Shown here piece after piece: positions 63,878 to 64,000 of a DNA stretch of 64,000 nt. Within the stretch, counting starts at the first letter, position 1. Every line of letters starts with the position of its first letter. A program made the translations under genes and the position numbers. The notes beneath the pieces were generated by a model. That model did no database searches, had not been told where the DNA came from, and saw only the letters and a program-made list of their open reading frames with translations. Origin of the DNA: Octopus sinensis (taxonomy: Eukaryota); NCBI RefSeq assembly GCF_006345805.1, contig NC_042998.1:74896001-74960000 (forward strand), in the 5' to 3' direction.

Positions 63878-64000
63878 TACGAGGGGCGTTCAATAAGTAA
63901 TGCCTCTGACCCACTTGCCCTTGGTTGATCTAGCTGAAATTTTGTGGTTTCTGATTTACAGGTGTTTGAAATGAGTCAAGTGGGAAATGGAGCCTGTTGA
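63878..64000 (+). mobile_element. 5' end of a mariner element running off the window
   Basis: TA|CGAGGGGCGTTCAATAAGTAATGCC TIR of Hsmar2/irritans style. ATG GAG CCT GTT at 63987 (MEPV..). Confidence 0.75.

Overview
AT-rich, microsatellite-saturated eukaryotic DNA. The SINE families resemble those I know from Octopus (coleoid cephalopod); this is an inference and no search was run. I could not identify any intact host gene, rRNA, true tRNA or CRISPR array, and nearly all ORFs in the supplied track are microsatellite artefacts or transposon debris. The window is a transposon mosaic. It holds two decayed Penelope-like elements (RT + GIY-YIG) plus Penelope 3' ends, four R4/Dong-type restriction-like-endonuclease LINE fragments associated with (TAA)n tracts, an RTE LINE fragment, three mariner pieces (one near full length with TIRs and TA target duplication), and about 20 tRNA-derived SINE copies of two main families (here called A and B). 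The most interesting signals are: (1) a SINE-like element joining a Pol III tRNA head to a minimal Penelope-type hammerhead ribozyme (9097-10009); (2) a SINE-B 3' module repeatedly found at one fixed site inside other SINE-B copies, in one case with a 55-bp perfect duplication of the recipient's private mutations (29148-29547); (3) an ~800-bp-arm inverted duplication ending in a perfect 36-bp palindrome (21335-24850); and (4) a fold-back templated insertion inside a Penelope RT (12151-12241). Element boundaries are approximate unless exact motifs are quoted, and identities were estimated by eye.
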